64,000 bases of DNA from contig NW_025765395.1 of NCBI RefSeq assembly GCF_003918875.1, forward strand, positions 62,001 to 126,000, written 5' to 3'. The position numbers were made by a program, and so were the translations under genes. The notes under the pieces were generated by a model, which was given only the letters and a program-made list of their open reading frames with translations, was not told the DNA's origin and did no database searches. Shown piece by piece: positions 1 to 13,160 of this stretch. Within the stretch, counting starts at the first letter, position 1. Each line of letters begins with the position of its first letter. The stretch is from Haliotis rubra (Eukaryota).

Positions 1-1783
1 AACACCTCTCCACCCAACTCCACAACTACGGCTAATTCGTGCGCACACGACGGCAAGTACTACCAGATTGGCGTGCATTTCAACCCAACACCATGCCAGA
101 GCTGTTTCTGTCCAAGTTCCGGTCGAGCTGTCTGCGTATTCGAGAACTGTGCACTTGCTTTGTGTGTCGACGCTGTAAAACAACCAGACCAGTGCTGTTC
201 CACATGTCCAAATGGTTCGTATTAATAATTCAATTTATCATCCAAAACTGTGTTCCACAGAAAATATTGCTTGTGTGAGATCATACCATATCTCCTGGGA
301 GATATTGTTTTGACAGTAGATTTTTAACAATGCCCTGACATTGCTATGACGTCATGAACTTGACGACGTTACAATGCTATGACATCGCTGCACTGCAAGT
401 CTAATGGTAGTACAGTGTTCAAAGATGTACATTTTTCATTGAAAACTAATGAAGAGTGATTTTTGATGATAAATAGAATCTCACCCTCGTATCTACTGAT
501 ATCAATAATATAAACATTCATTAATAAAAGTAAAATTATCCTCGGCAAGCCTCGGATATTTGTATTTTTATCAACTCGTGTTGATATTATTGTTATCAGT
601 GGACACTTGGGTGAATTTTTCTATCTATCAATAATACTAGGATATTATTGTAAACAAACAGCATTATCCCAGCAATTATAGAAGCAACGATGTAAACACA
701 GATGACAGCAGTGATATAAGTAACGATCTATGCAGAAATGTGAGTAACCATTTCAGCAGAGATGTAAGCAATAATATCAACACCGATGTAAACAGAATTG
801 TAAGCGACCATTTGAGCAGAGATATGTATCATCCTATGTAAACATCATGTAAGAACCAATGTAACAATGATATAAACCAAGATGCAATCAGATAAATGTA
901 AGCATGTCCCTCCACATAATGAAACTGACCCCACCAGTAGATTAGTTACCTCCCCTTATAAAAATGAGAAAAAACTGCCTGGTCAGAATGTAGTGGAAAG
1001 GCTCATATGGTTGTAGTGGCCTGTAGTACCTTCCAAAACTCTGTATAAATCAAGTCAACTGGTACACCACTGTCCCCTACCGTTATAATGCCACATAGCA
1101 GTAATTATTTAGCAACGAGCTACACAATCAAGTAAGTATTCAGTATTTCAGGTCATATGACCTATAGTACGGCTGTTTTTATATTTTTGCATTGCAGTGT
1201 CACGTGGAAATATAGATATACATACATTTATTACCGTCTAATTTCAAAACTCATTTTTAGGAACATTGAAAGATATAATACTATATTTATATTGTTCAAT
1301 AGTGTAAGCATGTAAGGTGGATGTTTGCCCATTTATTGAGTGCATCAACTCCTGTAATCGACTCTTGCCCCTCTATATCACGAGTCTTGCTCTTCATGAG
1401 ATGAATCATGCCCCTCCGTGACATTAATCTGGCCCCTCCAGTGGGTGAATCTTTCCTCTCCATCGGTCGTATATATTTTATATTTAGGGACAGGAAATAC
1501 GAATTTACACTGGCGCTAAGAAATATTGGTACAAAAGTTACATCATTCTATTTACCTTCCTTACAATACTGTTCAGTTAAACAGCTGTGTTCAGATGTCA
1601 TTCACGAAGCTGCTTCACGGGCTAACCATGTTTTCTCTGCTAGGCTGGAACTGCAAGTGCGGTGACGTCATCATCAAGATGGGCCACGTGTATCACCCTG
1701 ACAAGGCGACTGTGTGCCAGTGCAACGTCATCCCCTCCGCCTCCGGGAGAATTGACTTAAAGGCAAATTGCACCTCAGTGTAA
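1..1783 (+). CDS. VWC2/Brorin-like secreted Cys-rich protein, copy 1 (5' partial); exons <1..214 and 1644..1783
   Basis: Frame 1 from base 1 reads NTSPPNSTTTANSCAHDGKYYQIGVHFNPTPCQSCFCPSSGRAVCVFENCALALCVDAVKQPDQCCSTCPNG (10-Cys VWC pattern). Donor G|GTTCGT at 214/215; acceptor ttttctctgctag|GC at 1643/1644. Exon 2 reads GWNCKCGDVIIKMGHVYHPDKATVCQCNVIPSASGRIDLKANCTSV*, with AATAAA overlapping the stop. Confidence 0.85.
236..629. mobile_element. Non-autonomous insertion with terminal hairpin in the copy 1 intron
   Basis: Absent from the paralogous intron of copy 2 (13440-13460). Imperfect inverted repeat at 468..629. Confidence 0.5.
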
Positions 1784-1919
1784 ATAAATACACATCTAAA
1801 TACAAAGTTTTCAGCAATGATTGATGAGTTTCAATAGTTAACAGAAGGTCGTCCTCTGGCAATCTGGTAGTTCTGACAGCCGTACGTATACGCTGCTGGC
1901 GCCATTTCTCTCCATATAT

Positions 1920-2072
1920 GGGGGATTGGGTAGCCAAGTGGTTAAAGCGTTTGTTCGTCACGCACATTCTTTGTTCGATTCCCCACATGGGTACAATGCG
2001 TGAAGCCCTTTTATGGCCCGTGATGTTGCTGGAATATAGTTAAAAGCGGCGTAAAACTAAACTCAATCACTC
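1920..2072 (+). mobile_element. tRNA-derived SINE, family A (degenerate)
   Basis: A-box TAGCCAAGTGG, B-box GTTCGATTCCC, and body ending GCTGGAATA...AAAAGCGGCGTAAAAC plus CACT tail, shared with many copies in the window. Confidence 0.75.
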
Positions 2073-2350
2073 TGCAATGCAGGCAAGCTACAAGGTACAT
2101 GCGAGAGGTAACACAATATTTGCGAAGTTCTCCAACAAGGCCAACTCCAGTATTTTTAGAACACGTCCGACAAACTTTTCACCCACATACCCATCACTCA
2201 CTCACTCACTCATTCACTCTAACGCATAAATATACGGACCTTTGGTGGACTACGGATGCAGGGACGCCGAGGGGCACTCGTTAACCGATTAATTACAGTA
2301 ATGATACAAAGCGTGTACCCGAATTATATGTTGGCATGTGACGCAGAAAT

Positions 2351-3096
2351 AGAGATTATTAACCGAGTGTGTTTCCGTATCATTAATATCATATATCAGG
2401 AGTAAATATTAATGACACGGAAACACACGAGGTTAATAATCTCTTTATCATATAATGTCATTCTTAAAATTACTTTAAAAAATAGAAGCAAATCGTACGT
2501 GAATTTATATGAAGAGAATCGAGCATAACTCATGCTTAAAATAAGGTGAGGTCGTTTCTGGCGGCATAAAGTTGTGACTAGTCGCTAAAATCAGTCAAAG
2601 GGTTTCCTTCTGGTAGTGTTTCTCAGTTTTCTGGCAGTGTTTCGGGTAATCACCTCATCAATATCAGTTTCTGATACCTGACAGAACGGATTCGTCGCCA
2701 GTATTGTGATCGATAGATCGAAATCCTTGGTTGGTACCTTTCTTAGACGATTGCCTTTCAGTCGTACCTCACAATCCGTACCTTCAATTTGAACGAAGTA
2801 CTCCGTTTCATGTTTTCCAAAGTCAATTACGGCAGTAACGACTCCAGAACCTCGGTCATCAATTCTCACAGAATCACCAATTTTGAGAATGGGGGCAGCC
2901 ATGTTTGTTTACAAACAATGTAAACTCGCGACGACGTCATAAATGAAATATTAACGTTTTAGGATTCGCATGGCGTGTATGGAGTTTTGTGAAAGTAGTT
3001 CGTGGATTGACCTAATTTGCATAGTTATCAGATTTGCATACCAAGTTTATCAGATTGCTTTATTGCACCGATAACACCCTGCATTAGATGATAAAT
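2351..3096 (-). mobile_element. Insertion with terminal hairpin and truncated ORF (2591..2902), possibly a Crypton-type remnant
   Basis: Absent at the paralogous site near 17160. About 39-bp inverted repeat at 2351..2389 and 2406..2444. The ORF ends FCQVSETDIDEVITRNTARKLRNTT, which resembles the N-terminus of Crypton/DUF3504 proteins (from memory, unverified). Confidence 0.45.
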
Positions 3097-5619
3097 AACA
3101 AATATTAGATTTGGGGCATACAAACGCATGTATGTTTCCCGAATTAATTTTATCTTCATCTTGCAATCAAACATATAAAGCGCACCGCTCCTATGCTTTA
3201 ATCCACACACTATTCTGTGCGTTTATTGGTGACAATCACTGGATTGTCTGGTCCAGACTCGATTTGATTGCAAACAACATCGTACAGCTGTAATACTGGT
3301 GAAACAAATACATGTATATACTCGTGATATAGTCACAACTGTACAATCGACTCTGCTTTTAGCTTCTGGGTGTGGAATGGGTTTTGTCGCTTCTATTTAC
3401 ATATTTCTTCCCAAGAAACAAACAATGATCTGTATTGTTATGAGGCAGTGGTATACGCTGCGTTATACATTGTACTTCAGTAAGGGGCAGTGGTATACGC
3501 TGCGTTATACATTGTACTTCAGTAAGGGGCAGTGGGTGGCTATATGTAGACTTGTCCTCTATCTATACTTGTGCTAAAACCTTATAGGCATCTCCAGTCA
3601 CCCTGAGAGTATTATAGAATGATCTGGTCTGATTCCAAAATCATCTGCCTTAGTGTAGAATGTTCCAGCATTTTGTGCTTGTATCAGAGGCAAGAATCAC
3701 TGATCGGTCTCCGAGTTAGGGAACCCGAATTGGCGTTATACAGTCAACCCTCACCCATCGGTCAAGAATACGATGAGGGGAGACATAACCCTGGCGAAAG
3801 GTATAAACTGACCACAGGGACCTACACCAAACAAGGAATGGATTTGCGCTCTATCTATACTTGTCCTCCCCATCAGGATCTCTTGACCGATGGGGAGTAT
3901 TATAGATGATCTGGAAAAGCCAATTCCAGAATCATCTAATACGGAGACAGATCCGTGATTCTTGCCTCTGATATATGTGTACATAAGGGCTATTGCCCGT
4001 CACCTCACATTAAAGTTACCAGAAGACCAGGAACTGTGAGTGATGATCAAATATCCTGCCTATGCCTATGCTTAAAGGTCGGATTACTGTTACTGAGAGG
4101 TAAATATTACCATCACTGTATTTACTGCTCTAATCACTGATGTTGTGTTATACTGCGACTAAATTTCGTACTGCCACTCAGTTTGGTATTGCCACAGTGA
4201 TACCTTTGGAAACTTAGTCAATTTTAGACTAAATGTTTAATTACATCACATATCTTATTCGTCAAACTTCAAACATGGCTAATACACAACGGACGTGATG
4301 GAAATGCTTATAAAACATTTATTAAACTCAAAAAATACAATTGTATGATTTGTCCTCCACAACAAGCTACGCGTTCGGCTCAAATGAAATTTAGAGATGA
4401 TCAATTCGGTCTGTTCATTTACCACGGTCGATAATCGAAGTGGTGCATGTTTCAATTTGCAGGGTACGGAACCAATAATTATAGTGTAAATTAGATATTG
4501 GAGTAGACCGTTTTATCATTATGCGATATCGCCAAGTGTATAGGCAATGGTGAGTTGTATTTCGACTTGTTGGCTGAAAGTTAAAGAGACGTCAGTAGTA
4601 ATGGTGTTTATCTCTTTGATGAAACCAAGAGTATAGCTGTTACAGATCAGGGTTCCGATCCACAAAGCGTCCGTAACGTTGCGACCTATCGTAACTCTAA
4701 AGTCTACCTTAGGTTTACGAATTTAGTAGCGCTACGAACGATTTGTGGATCTGAATCCAGGAGATCAAGTGTCAGAGAGGAACCGGGAATCGAACGCATT
4801 ACAGCTGATTCCGATAGCTAAACTAGTCCTTGAAACGCTAATCTTACCATTATCACATGGGTATGAAAGCCTCCTCGCTTATCTCCGATAACTCCACGAT
4901 AGCTGTAAGCCTGGGTGTAACAGAAAACAGTATGTCTATACGTGTGGCCAAAACACTTTGGAACAAAGACCGTAGACTAAGTAAGGCACCTGGAACATTT
5001 GAACACCGGGTGTCATCACTAGTTCATTTGCTAGCTTTTGTTAACAATACTTTAACCCATCGTGAAATGTTGCAAAAAAGCAACAACAAAAATGTGGTTC
5101 TGGGACTAAGACGGACTAGCGTCATTAGGCTGAACAATGGACGTCTAGACCGTATCAATGACGATTAATATCTCGGGGACTGATTAAATATTGCCTGCGA
5201 GATAGTATAAAATATTGTGTGTGTCATTAAAGAATATATTTGGCGTACGTTCACAGATTCTAGAGAGTCCCTCAACAACGCATATGTACAATACAAATGT
5301 ATTCAGGTAATCAAAGTTTCCGCACTGGGAGTTTTGTTGCGAAAACGTTTGGTCAGCAGGTCGACGTCCTGCAAGTTTCCACATAATAAACACACACGCA
5401 CACGAGTGCACACACATACATTCACACGTGTACAAGCCGTCAAACAATAGAATCTTATTTATTTCAAAGCAGCATTATTTTCTGAAAAATGAAATTAAAA
5501 TGCATAGGATTGTAATAGAGAATGTTGTTTATTATCAGTGTTTCCAACAATACGTCGTTAGAGCGGGTTTAACTTAAACTTAAACATCAGGTACACTTGA
5601 TGGCCCGACAGTCATTAAG

Positions 5620-6290
5620 GAGAACAGAACTATGTTATATCTACATGGCATCGTTGACAGAACAATGCTATACCGACCATTTATCTTTGACAGAGCAATG
5701 TTATACCTCCAAGATATCTTCGGCAGAACTATACTATCCCTACTACCCACAAGACATTTTGGAAGGGAAAATGCTATACCTACAAGACATATTTGACAGA
5801 ACAATGCTATACCTGCATGGCATCTTTGAGAGAACAATGCTACACCTACAAGGCATCTTTGACAGGACAATGCTATACCTACAAGTCATATTTGACAGAA
5901 CAATGCTATACCTCCATGGCATATTTGACAGAACAATGCTATACCTACAAGACATATTTGACAGAACAATGCTATACCTGCATGGCATCTTTGAGAGAAC
6001 AATGCTATGCCTACAAGGCATCTTTGACAGGACAATGCTATACCTGCATGGCATATTTGACAGAACAATGCTACACCTACATGGCATCTTCGACAGAACA
6101 ATGCTATACCGACCATTCATCTTTGACTGAACAATGCTATACCTACATGGCATCTTTGACAAGACAATACTATAGGTACAAGACATCTTTGACACAACAA
6201 TGCAAAACGCTTCTTTCTGAGGATAATGCTATATCTACAAAGCTTCTTTATCGAAACAATGTTATTTTTACAACACATCTTTGACAGCAA
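5620..6290. repeat. 33-bp minisatellite (TTTGACAGAACAATGCTATACCTACAAGGCATC), about 20 units
   Basis: Tandem units visible directly. They generate spurious 11-aa repeat ORFs in several frames. Confidence 0.95.
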
Positions 6291-7550
6291 GATGTTATGG
6301 CTGAAACGCCAGTGATTGATATAATGAACAACGATCCACGTCGTCGGGGTAGGTGTCATTAATAGTGTAGGTGTCAGACACATTATAAGAAAACATAGTT
6401 AGTTATAGAATAACGACCAAACTATGCAAGATGTGGTGGGGATAGAAAGCAGTTCGTTTTAAGCGTAGTTCGGTATACGCATATCCACTAAGTATACAGT
6501 ATGTGGTAAAGAAGTTCGATGTAAGCGTACACGTTGTAAACATTGTTACAAATTGCACCTCATGAAGCATAACGTTAATACGCTGTAACCAACTGATCAG
6601 ATATTTAAGGTGAGGGCAGTTAACCGCTGATGTGACAAAAAGTTAGTTTAACTGTATTTCCGGTATTTCACGGCTTGTCAGCTAGCTATTCCAGTCTTGC
6701 CTAAAGTGGTGAAGGTCAACGGCATTTACTACTTTAAAATTAAAAAAACACAAACAAGAGTATTGTGTTGATGTATCCATAGCAAATCTGGGATTTCCAA
6801 CAACAACAGACAGATTTTCATCTACAGTCTATTTGATTTTAGTAAACCGATGAATTGCTCACCAACACAAAATCTAATAATTGCATATCGACAAGCGTGT
6901 GTTGTGAAATTTCAATGTCACAAGTGCAACTCGCACACCTGGCTGTTATACCAGCAAGCGGTTCCCCCTTGTGAAAAATAGCGAAAAGTGACAACAAAAT
7001 AATGATCGTTCGTTATACACACTTGTTTATTCGGGTGTCCAAAATTATGAGACAAATCATCAGAGTTGGTCTGTCGATTTCAGGTGACTGGGCAAAATTT
7101 GGTTTTGTTGCAATTATTAGATTTTGTGTTGTGACCAATCCATCGGTCTCAAATGAAATCAAACAGACTGTACTGGGTAACTGTCCTTGGGGTTGCCCGC
7201 TGCGCCCTCTACAGCTGTCCGATACAGAAAGTAGACCAGCAGGAACAAGAGATACAGGCAGTCACGTTAACAAGACATCTGTTTAGGTCACAACGTTTGA
7301 CATTCAACATCATTAGATACAGGTACTCAACGACAAATAAACGGACAGTTCAGTTAGGTTCACGAATTCTTTTCTCCTTTTCCTTTCTGCATTTATTAAA
7401 AATAAATATACTGTATGTTTATTATCCGTTTATTGCTAGCTTAGTTTTTATCAATAAAGTTAACTGCATCACCTGAACAAATCTATAAGTTGTACATTAT
7501 AGGGTCATAAATTACCTAATTCTACCTAATAACTAAATCTAGGCATTATA

Positions 7551-10005
7551 CGAGGGTCGGACAAAGGGTATTCGGCCTAACCTAGCACATGTTGCAAATG
7601 CACTTGTTTTTATGTTTTATTTCTACATATTATGTGTCAACTACCGGCAAATTGTTTTTGCTATGTGCCAGCCTCACGAAACCCATTATGTTTAATTTTA
7701 CATCTTGGTACCCCCTAAAACGCCAAATCAATAAATGAAACACAAACTTCAGGAAACAAAATATCCAAGAAACATTTTGTGTGTTTAAGATAGGTAGAAG
7801 TCCACTAGAATCAAACTTAGACATTTAAGTGCATAAAAAGCAATTTGAAACTACAACCGCTAGTTAATGTGACTCCTCCTTTCATGCTTACTGGAAAAGC
7901 TTGTTTTGGATACACACACTTAAACTCCTTTCAGATAACGTAATCATAAGGACATAACTTATTCTACCATGAATCAAGAAAATACTAGATTCTGATTGGT
8001 TGTTCAGAAAAATCAGACGGCATCAATTGTGGATTGACGCTCATCTGATTGTAAGGCCGCTTCACCGCGCATTGACAAATCTTATTGTGAGAACTACTTC
8101 CGTTTGACCATAATGATGGCAGATCATAACAACAACCCCATGGATTTTGACGCTGACTTTCGAATATTCCACATAGGCAATTGGAAATTTTTGGATTAAA
8201 AATGCGTTTGATTTCATTGCGTTTCACTGCGCACGTATAGAACACTGCCTCACTACTTCAGCTTGACCACCAACATGACTAATATCAACACAACAGACGT
8301 GATGGAAATGCTGATAAAACATTTATTTAAACTCGAAAAATACAATTATATGATCCCCCCCCTTCCCCAACACACACACACAATTATGAGGGAACCTCAC
8401 GATCATATTACCTTCTTTTATAAAAATATTCAAACTCAATTACAATACACAGCCCCAAACATAAACAAAACAATATGTCACATATAAATCAGAAAGCCTT
8501 GTAAAAATACATCCCTATCTATACAAAATATGCAGCAAAACATTAGAAAACACTTACCTACCTGGTAAATGGTATATTTAATTCTGTTTAGAATGGGAAA
8601 TTTGCAAGATAGATCTAACGGTCTGGCGAAACACCACATTTATGCCACTCATAGTCATACTCCATCATATCCCGTTGCATCGTTCACAAAATAATTCTGC
8701 TCTTTGCCAGCTTCCCCGCAAGGTTGTCACTGTTATGTTCATCTACTTTGAAAAACGCTTGGACACAGTCCAGTCCAAAACGATGAAAACAAAGTTCCAA
8801 GGAATCACGAGTTAGTCGCATGTACACTAAGCAGCAACACTGTCACTCTTTTGGGGTGTCGCATGCCGGGGATGAGGCAGTACGTGAAATCATAATCGGC
8901 CGGTCATAAAAATCAACAGTCTTTGATGAGTTACAGGTCGTAGGTTGATCAGGAAAGGATCTATTCTTCGATTCTGCAGGGTTCAGGTTCGACAGTCAGT
9001 CAAGTATTGTCCACTGTCACTTCAAATTTCAACCTTTCGCAAAATGTAAACACTGGCTCGGCCGCCATTTCAAACTATTGCGTAACTGTCTACTTCGAAG
9101 AAAATAAGTAGGTCAGACGATTCCATTATAGTGTGGCCAGGGGGGTACAGTTTCACGGCAAACAAAACAATAGGCTGGTTTTAGTCGTGTGGAGTTGGGA
9201 TGAAAAAAACAACAAGATCTCGGGTATTATATAATTGCATTGAATAAACAGTAGTTTGATTTCTTTGGACAGAATATTGTTATGATGTAATGTTAAAAAA
9301 ATACGAACGGCACCTACCGCTCCCTTCACAGACGAGTTCAATTCGCCTCTCGTCCCATGCCGGATTACGCAGTGTCTTCCGCAGAGCGAGGAAGTTCGAT
9401 TTTAAATGTGTCATGGTAGAATGGAGATAACCCTAGTGTGTTTGAAAATCAGAGACATGCTTTACTGAATTGATGGCGACTAAATATTTCAATTGAAACC
9501 TCACGCTACGCGTTCAATTTGAAATATTTGGTCGCCATCAATTCTAATCTCTTTTCACTTATTCATACATGATGCCAAGGATTCAAACTAAATACCGAAT
9601 GACCACAGAAGTGTCAGCTCTCAATATATTGTAAACAGTGCCAGCTTGTATATCTGGGCACAATGTTTTTGAAGGATTAAAATGGAAGTGTCCTTTAAAA
9701 CAGCCCCCGTCTAAATGCAATTGAAGCAATCCAAATGTTTGACGTTTGAATATGACGGGAAGCCATCCAATACTATACTGAACAGCTTTTGTATATATGA
9801 TGTTACCTGAGGGCATACCATTATCAAAGAGGTACCTGCGTTTTTCTTAGTAATAGTAAAACCCAATGTGTTGTGAGGACTAATATCTCGTTAACCACAT
9901 TACCCATATATGTACAATTTTGGATATGGCTTTGATCATGATTCCTTCAAAATAAAATTGGACATCGAGAACATAGGTAGTCCAACTAGTTATGACCGAC
10001 CCTCG
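7551..10005. mobile_element. Non-autonomous Tc1/mariner-type element, about 2.45 kb, TA target-site duplication
   Basis: Ends are TA|CGAGGGTCGG and CCGACCCTCG|TA. Removing it restores a unit of the flanking 35-bp repeat (aggcattaTAggttcataacctctgaactaaa). No transposase ORF seen. Internal hairpin at 9467..9544. Confidence 0.75.
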
Positions 10006-10007
10006 TA

Positions 10008-10265
10008 GGTTCATAACCTCTGAACTAAACCATGCATTATATGAAAGTAATCCTTGAGCGTTATAGGATCATAACATCTGAATTAAGTCTATGCTTTAAA
10101 GCATCATGATCTCTCAACTAAATCTAGGCATTGTAGCATTATAATCCCTGCGATAAATGTAGGCATTATAGGATCATCACATTTGAACTAAATCTAGGCA
10201 CCATAGAGTCATAACCTCTGCACAAAACCTGGCAATTACAGGAATATAACCTCTGAACAAAATCT
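10008..10265. repeat. About 35-bp degenerate minisatellite (CTAAATCTAGGCATTATAGGATCATAACCTCTGAA)
   Basis: Same unit as 20870..21500 and 7470..7550. Confidence 0.8.
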
Positions 10266-10640
10266 TGGGACGAGTCTTTCTATTTCTGGCCAATAAGACG
10301 TATCAATTTGATGAGTAATATTTGATTGGTCACGTTCATGTGGTTCATTATATCGAAGGATGTAGTGAGACTCAGATTGATGGAGTATGTTGGTGGTCAA
10401 ATGGTTCGCATTTGATGGATGCTGGCTGAGTTAGACTCAGACTTGTGGGTAAAGTATGTATACACGATGTGTCGGTAAGGAGGAAGCCGTGGATGTTGAC
10501 GCCATACCCCCTCTTCATTGATGCTACTGGCGGAGAAAACACAAGAAATAGGACAACAATAAAGATCCCCACGCTTGGAACAATGCGTACCAACCCAGCC
10601 ACTTGCAGGGTCAGTAGGGCAGAGAATGCAAGTTTGGGAG
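10262..10640 (-). pseudogene. GH128 (Asl1-like) glucanase pseudogene fragment
   Basis: Minus strand retains exon-1-like GIFIVVLFLVFSPPVASMKRGYGVNIHG and exon-2-like SHYILRYNEPHERDQSNITHQIDTSYWPEIERL, matching the gene at 21508..24030. Most of the intron and the C-terminal two thirds are missing. Confidence 0.85.
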
Positions 10641-12341
10641 CTTGTATTACCAGACATAAAAACAAGCAAAATATGAGTGAGGGTATTGTGGGTCACATTA
10701 AAGAGCTTCAGAATGCTAATATATTATCCGATATCGTAAATTCATACCTAACCGTGCAACTGCAATTTCAAACAATTTCATTCGTGCAACTGCAATTTCA
10801 AATCTTTCATGAAGATCAAACACATTTAAATGTTAACCTGAGTCCGGACAGAGTGAAATGTGACATCATTTGTAACAATTGTGCTACGGGCTTTTATCAC
10901 CGCAAAGAAAAGGTTAGCTACCATTCTGGGACCATGGGGGCTTACGGTAGCTCTCTTTGCTAATGACTCCCAATCAAGATTTGCACCATCCATTCAGTGA
11001 TGATGATTATTGACAAGAGATTGAAACCAGCGAAGACTATTGGCAGACAACAACTTATTGGCAGACATAAAGATACTCGGAAGGACGTGGGTTTACATGC
11101 TCTCTCATTTCACACTTTGTCAACCCCAACCATATACACAGCTTTTAAAAATCATAAGGAATGTATCAATTCTCCCAAAGCTGCTACAAAGCTGCGAAAT
11201 AGTCAGGAATCTGTGGCACAACACGAACAGAATGTTAATCACTTGTTCTATTTTAATTTTCTAAGACACACCCAGAGAAGTGAGATAGGTTTATCTGATA
11301 AAATGTGAGCATGACCTTCAAAATATACAGGGATACACATCAACACTAGACCATGTTCAGGCCTCATTAAAAAGGTTTTGGTTTTTGATCCGGGCTCTAT
11401 CATATACGTTTGTCTCCTAGGTCGAGATCTTTCCATTTTGTATTCTTTATTTTAGGATTTTCTGGAATAATATAGACAGTGTATGTGAATACATAGAAGC
11501 TCCAAAACCCATCCAATAAGAATAAGAATTACGTGCTGAAGGCGGTCAATAGCAGCATCACTGAGACATGCTTTCATTGTATTCTTCCGGGTTACTGAAG
11601 ATTAATTCTAACCCGGATCTTCACGGGTCGCTGGAGGAATGATTGCTTCGCGACAACTGCTTCGGTCTCTAACAACCTTATTCGTGCACGTTGAGACCGA
11701 CACCACGCATTACTGGAACAACGTCAGCAATCTCTGACCAAACAGGAAAAATAGACGCTACGGCATCTTTAAAAGTTCGAAAAATAGGTTCGAACTTTAA
11801 TTTAATCTATAAACAATGTTCGTCTATAACATGTATAAATATTGAAAAGCTTGCAGATTATTAGACTCATCCTTCGTAATCTGTTCAGACGAAACTATGA
11901 CTTCCTTAACGACTGGCGATAGCCATTAGGTTTTGGGGATTCTTTTACAATCACACTTTACCCCCGATCGAGTTGGCTTCATGCGGATTACATTAAATAG
12001 GGACACACGTGTCACTCAGTACCTCAGATCGCACCTGTCTGGCGAACAAGAGGCGGTTTTGGTGATGCATTGAACACGCACTCATAGAATATCAATACAT
12101 TGGGGAATCAAGGCAAAGTATATGGTCTGTGCCCACATATAAGCGGAGTTGTCATAAAAGACGCACAAATCTGGTCTGGATTCTTTTAACGTTGGATGGA
12201 ATTGGTCTTCAGCAACCCATACTTGTCATAAGATGGGTTGGTCAGGCTAGCTGATCTGGTTGACACACGCCATCGTATCCAAATTGCGTAGATCGGTGCT
12301 CATGCTGTTGATCACTGGATTGTCTGGTCCAGAGTCGATTA

Positions 12342-12850
12342 AACTAATGTCCAAAAGAAACGATACCACGCGTTTGAAAGGACATTAAAAAACGACATCG
12401 AAAAAATAGACTGGTATATTTCATTTGAGAATTTTCTCAATAACAAGTTTACAAAATCTGCTCTCATCGGCAAACATGACCCGTGTCCAGTGTCACCGTT
12501 GCCAACGTCGAAGTCGCCAGGCCCACACCAGTCTGTTGGCTCGCTGTTGAGACTCAATCGCTGTCAAACGTGCCATTTCTTGTGTGTGCTTTTTGTTGCT
12601 GTGATCCCAACGTCTCGAGTCAGCAGTTTTATACAGTTCAGCTGCACATGCATTTCCTGCTACGAGACGTAAAATCATTTGGGCAGAGTGCGCGTATTCT
12701 TCTCAATTGATCAAATGGTCCCGAATTTCTCGATGGAATACTTTTGGGTATGGAACATGGGAAACGCTCAAGTATGTTTTCATACAAAATAAATACTTAA
12801 TTAAAAATGTTTTGAAAAATGTTTGGTATCGTTTCTTTTGGACATAAGTT
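12342..12850. mobile_element. Tc1-like MITE / internal-deletion derivative
   Basis: About 26-bp TIRs ACT(A/T)ATGTCCAAAAGAAACGATACCA at both ends. Confidence 0.7.
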
Positions 12851-13160
12851 GCGTTAAACAACAGGCCAACAAACCAACCAATCTAGTCATGTACCTGTTA
12901 TGTTTTCGGAGAGAAAGTAACACCTGGAACCCCATACTATAAGAAACATCATTTGGTAACTCATATCTTCTTACTTATCTACATACGCGTCACAAACAAT
13001 CTGATGAGAAGAGACACGCCTCACACATCACGTGGTCTTCAAACATGTTTTGCATTCCAGCTCTTGCTACTTATATCTTGACATCCAGCTAACGAACTTC
13101 ACATCGCAACATCGATTCCGACAGTCGCACTCCTTCTTTGCCAGCTGCCCAAACACAAAG

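Noticed and set aside
5580-6383. Several 76-177 aa ORFs with 11-aa repeats (DRTMLYLQGIF, CRYSIVLSKM), also at 35399..35806
   Set aside because: Translations of a 33-bp minisatellite that is open in several frames on both strands, with no splice or promoter support.
8640-8900. Weak RING-finger-like remnant on the minus strand inside the mariner-type element
   Set aside because: Too degenerate to support without a search.
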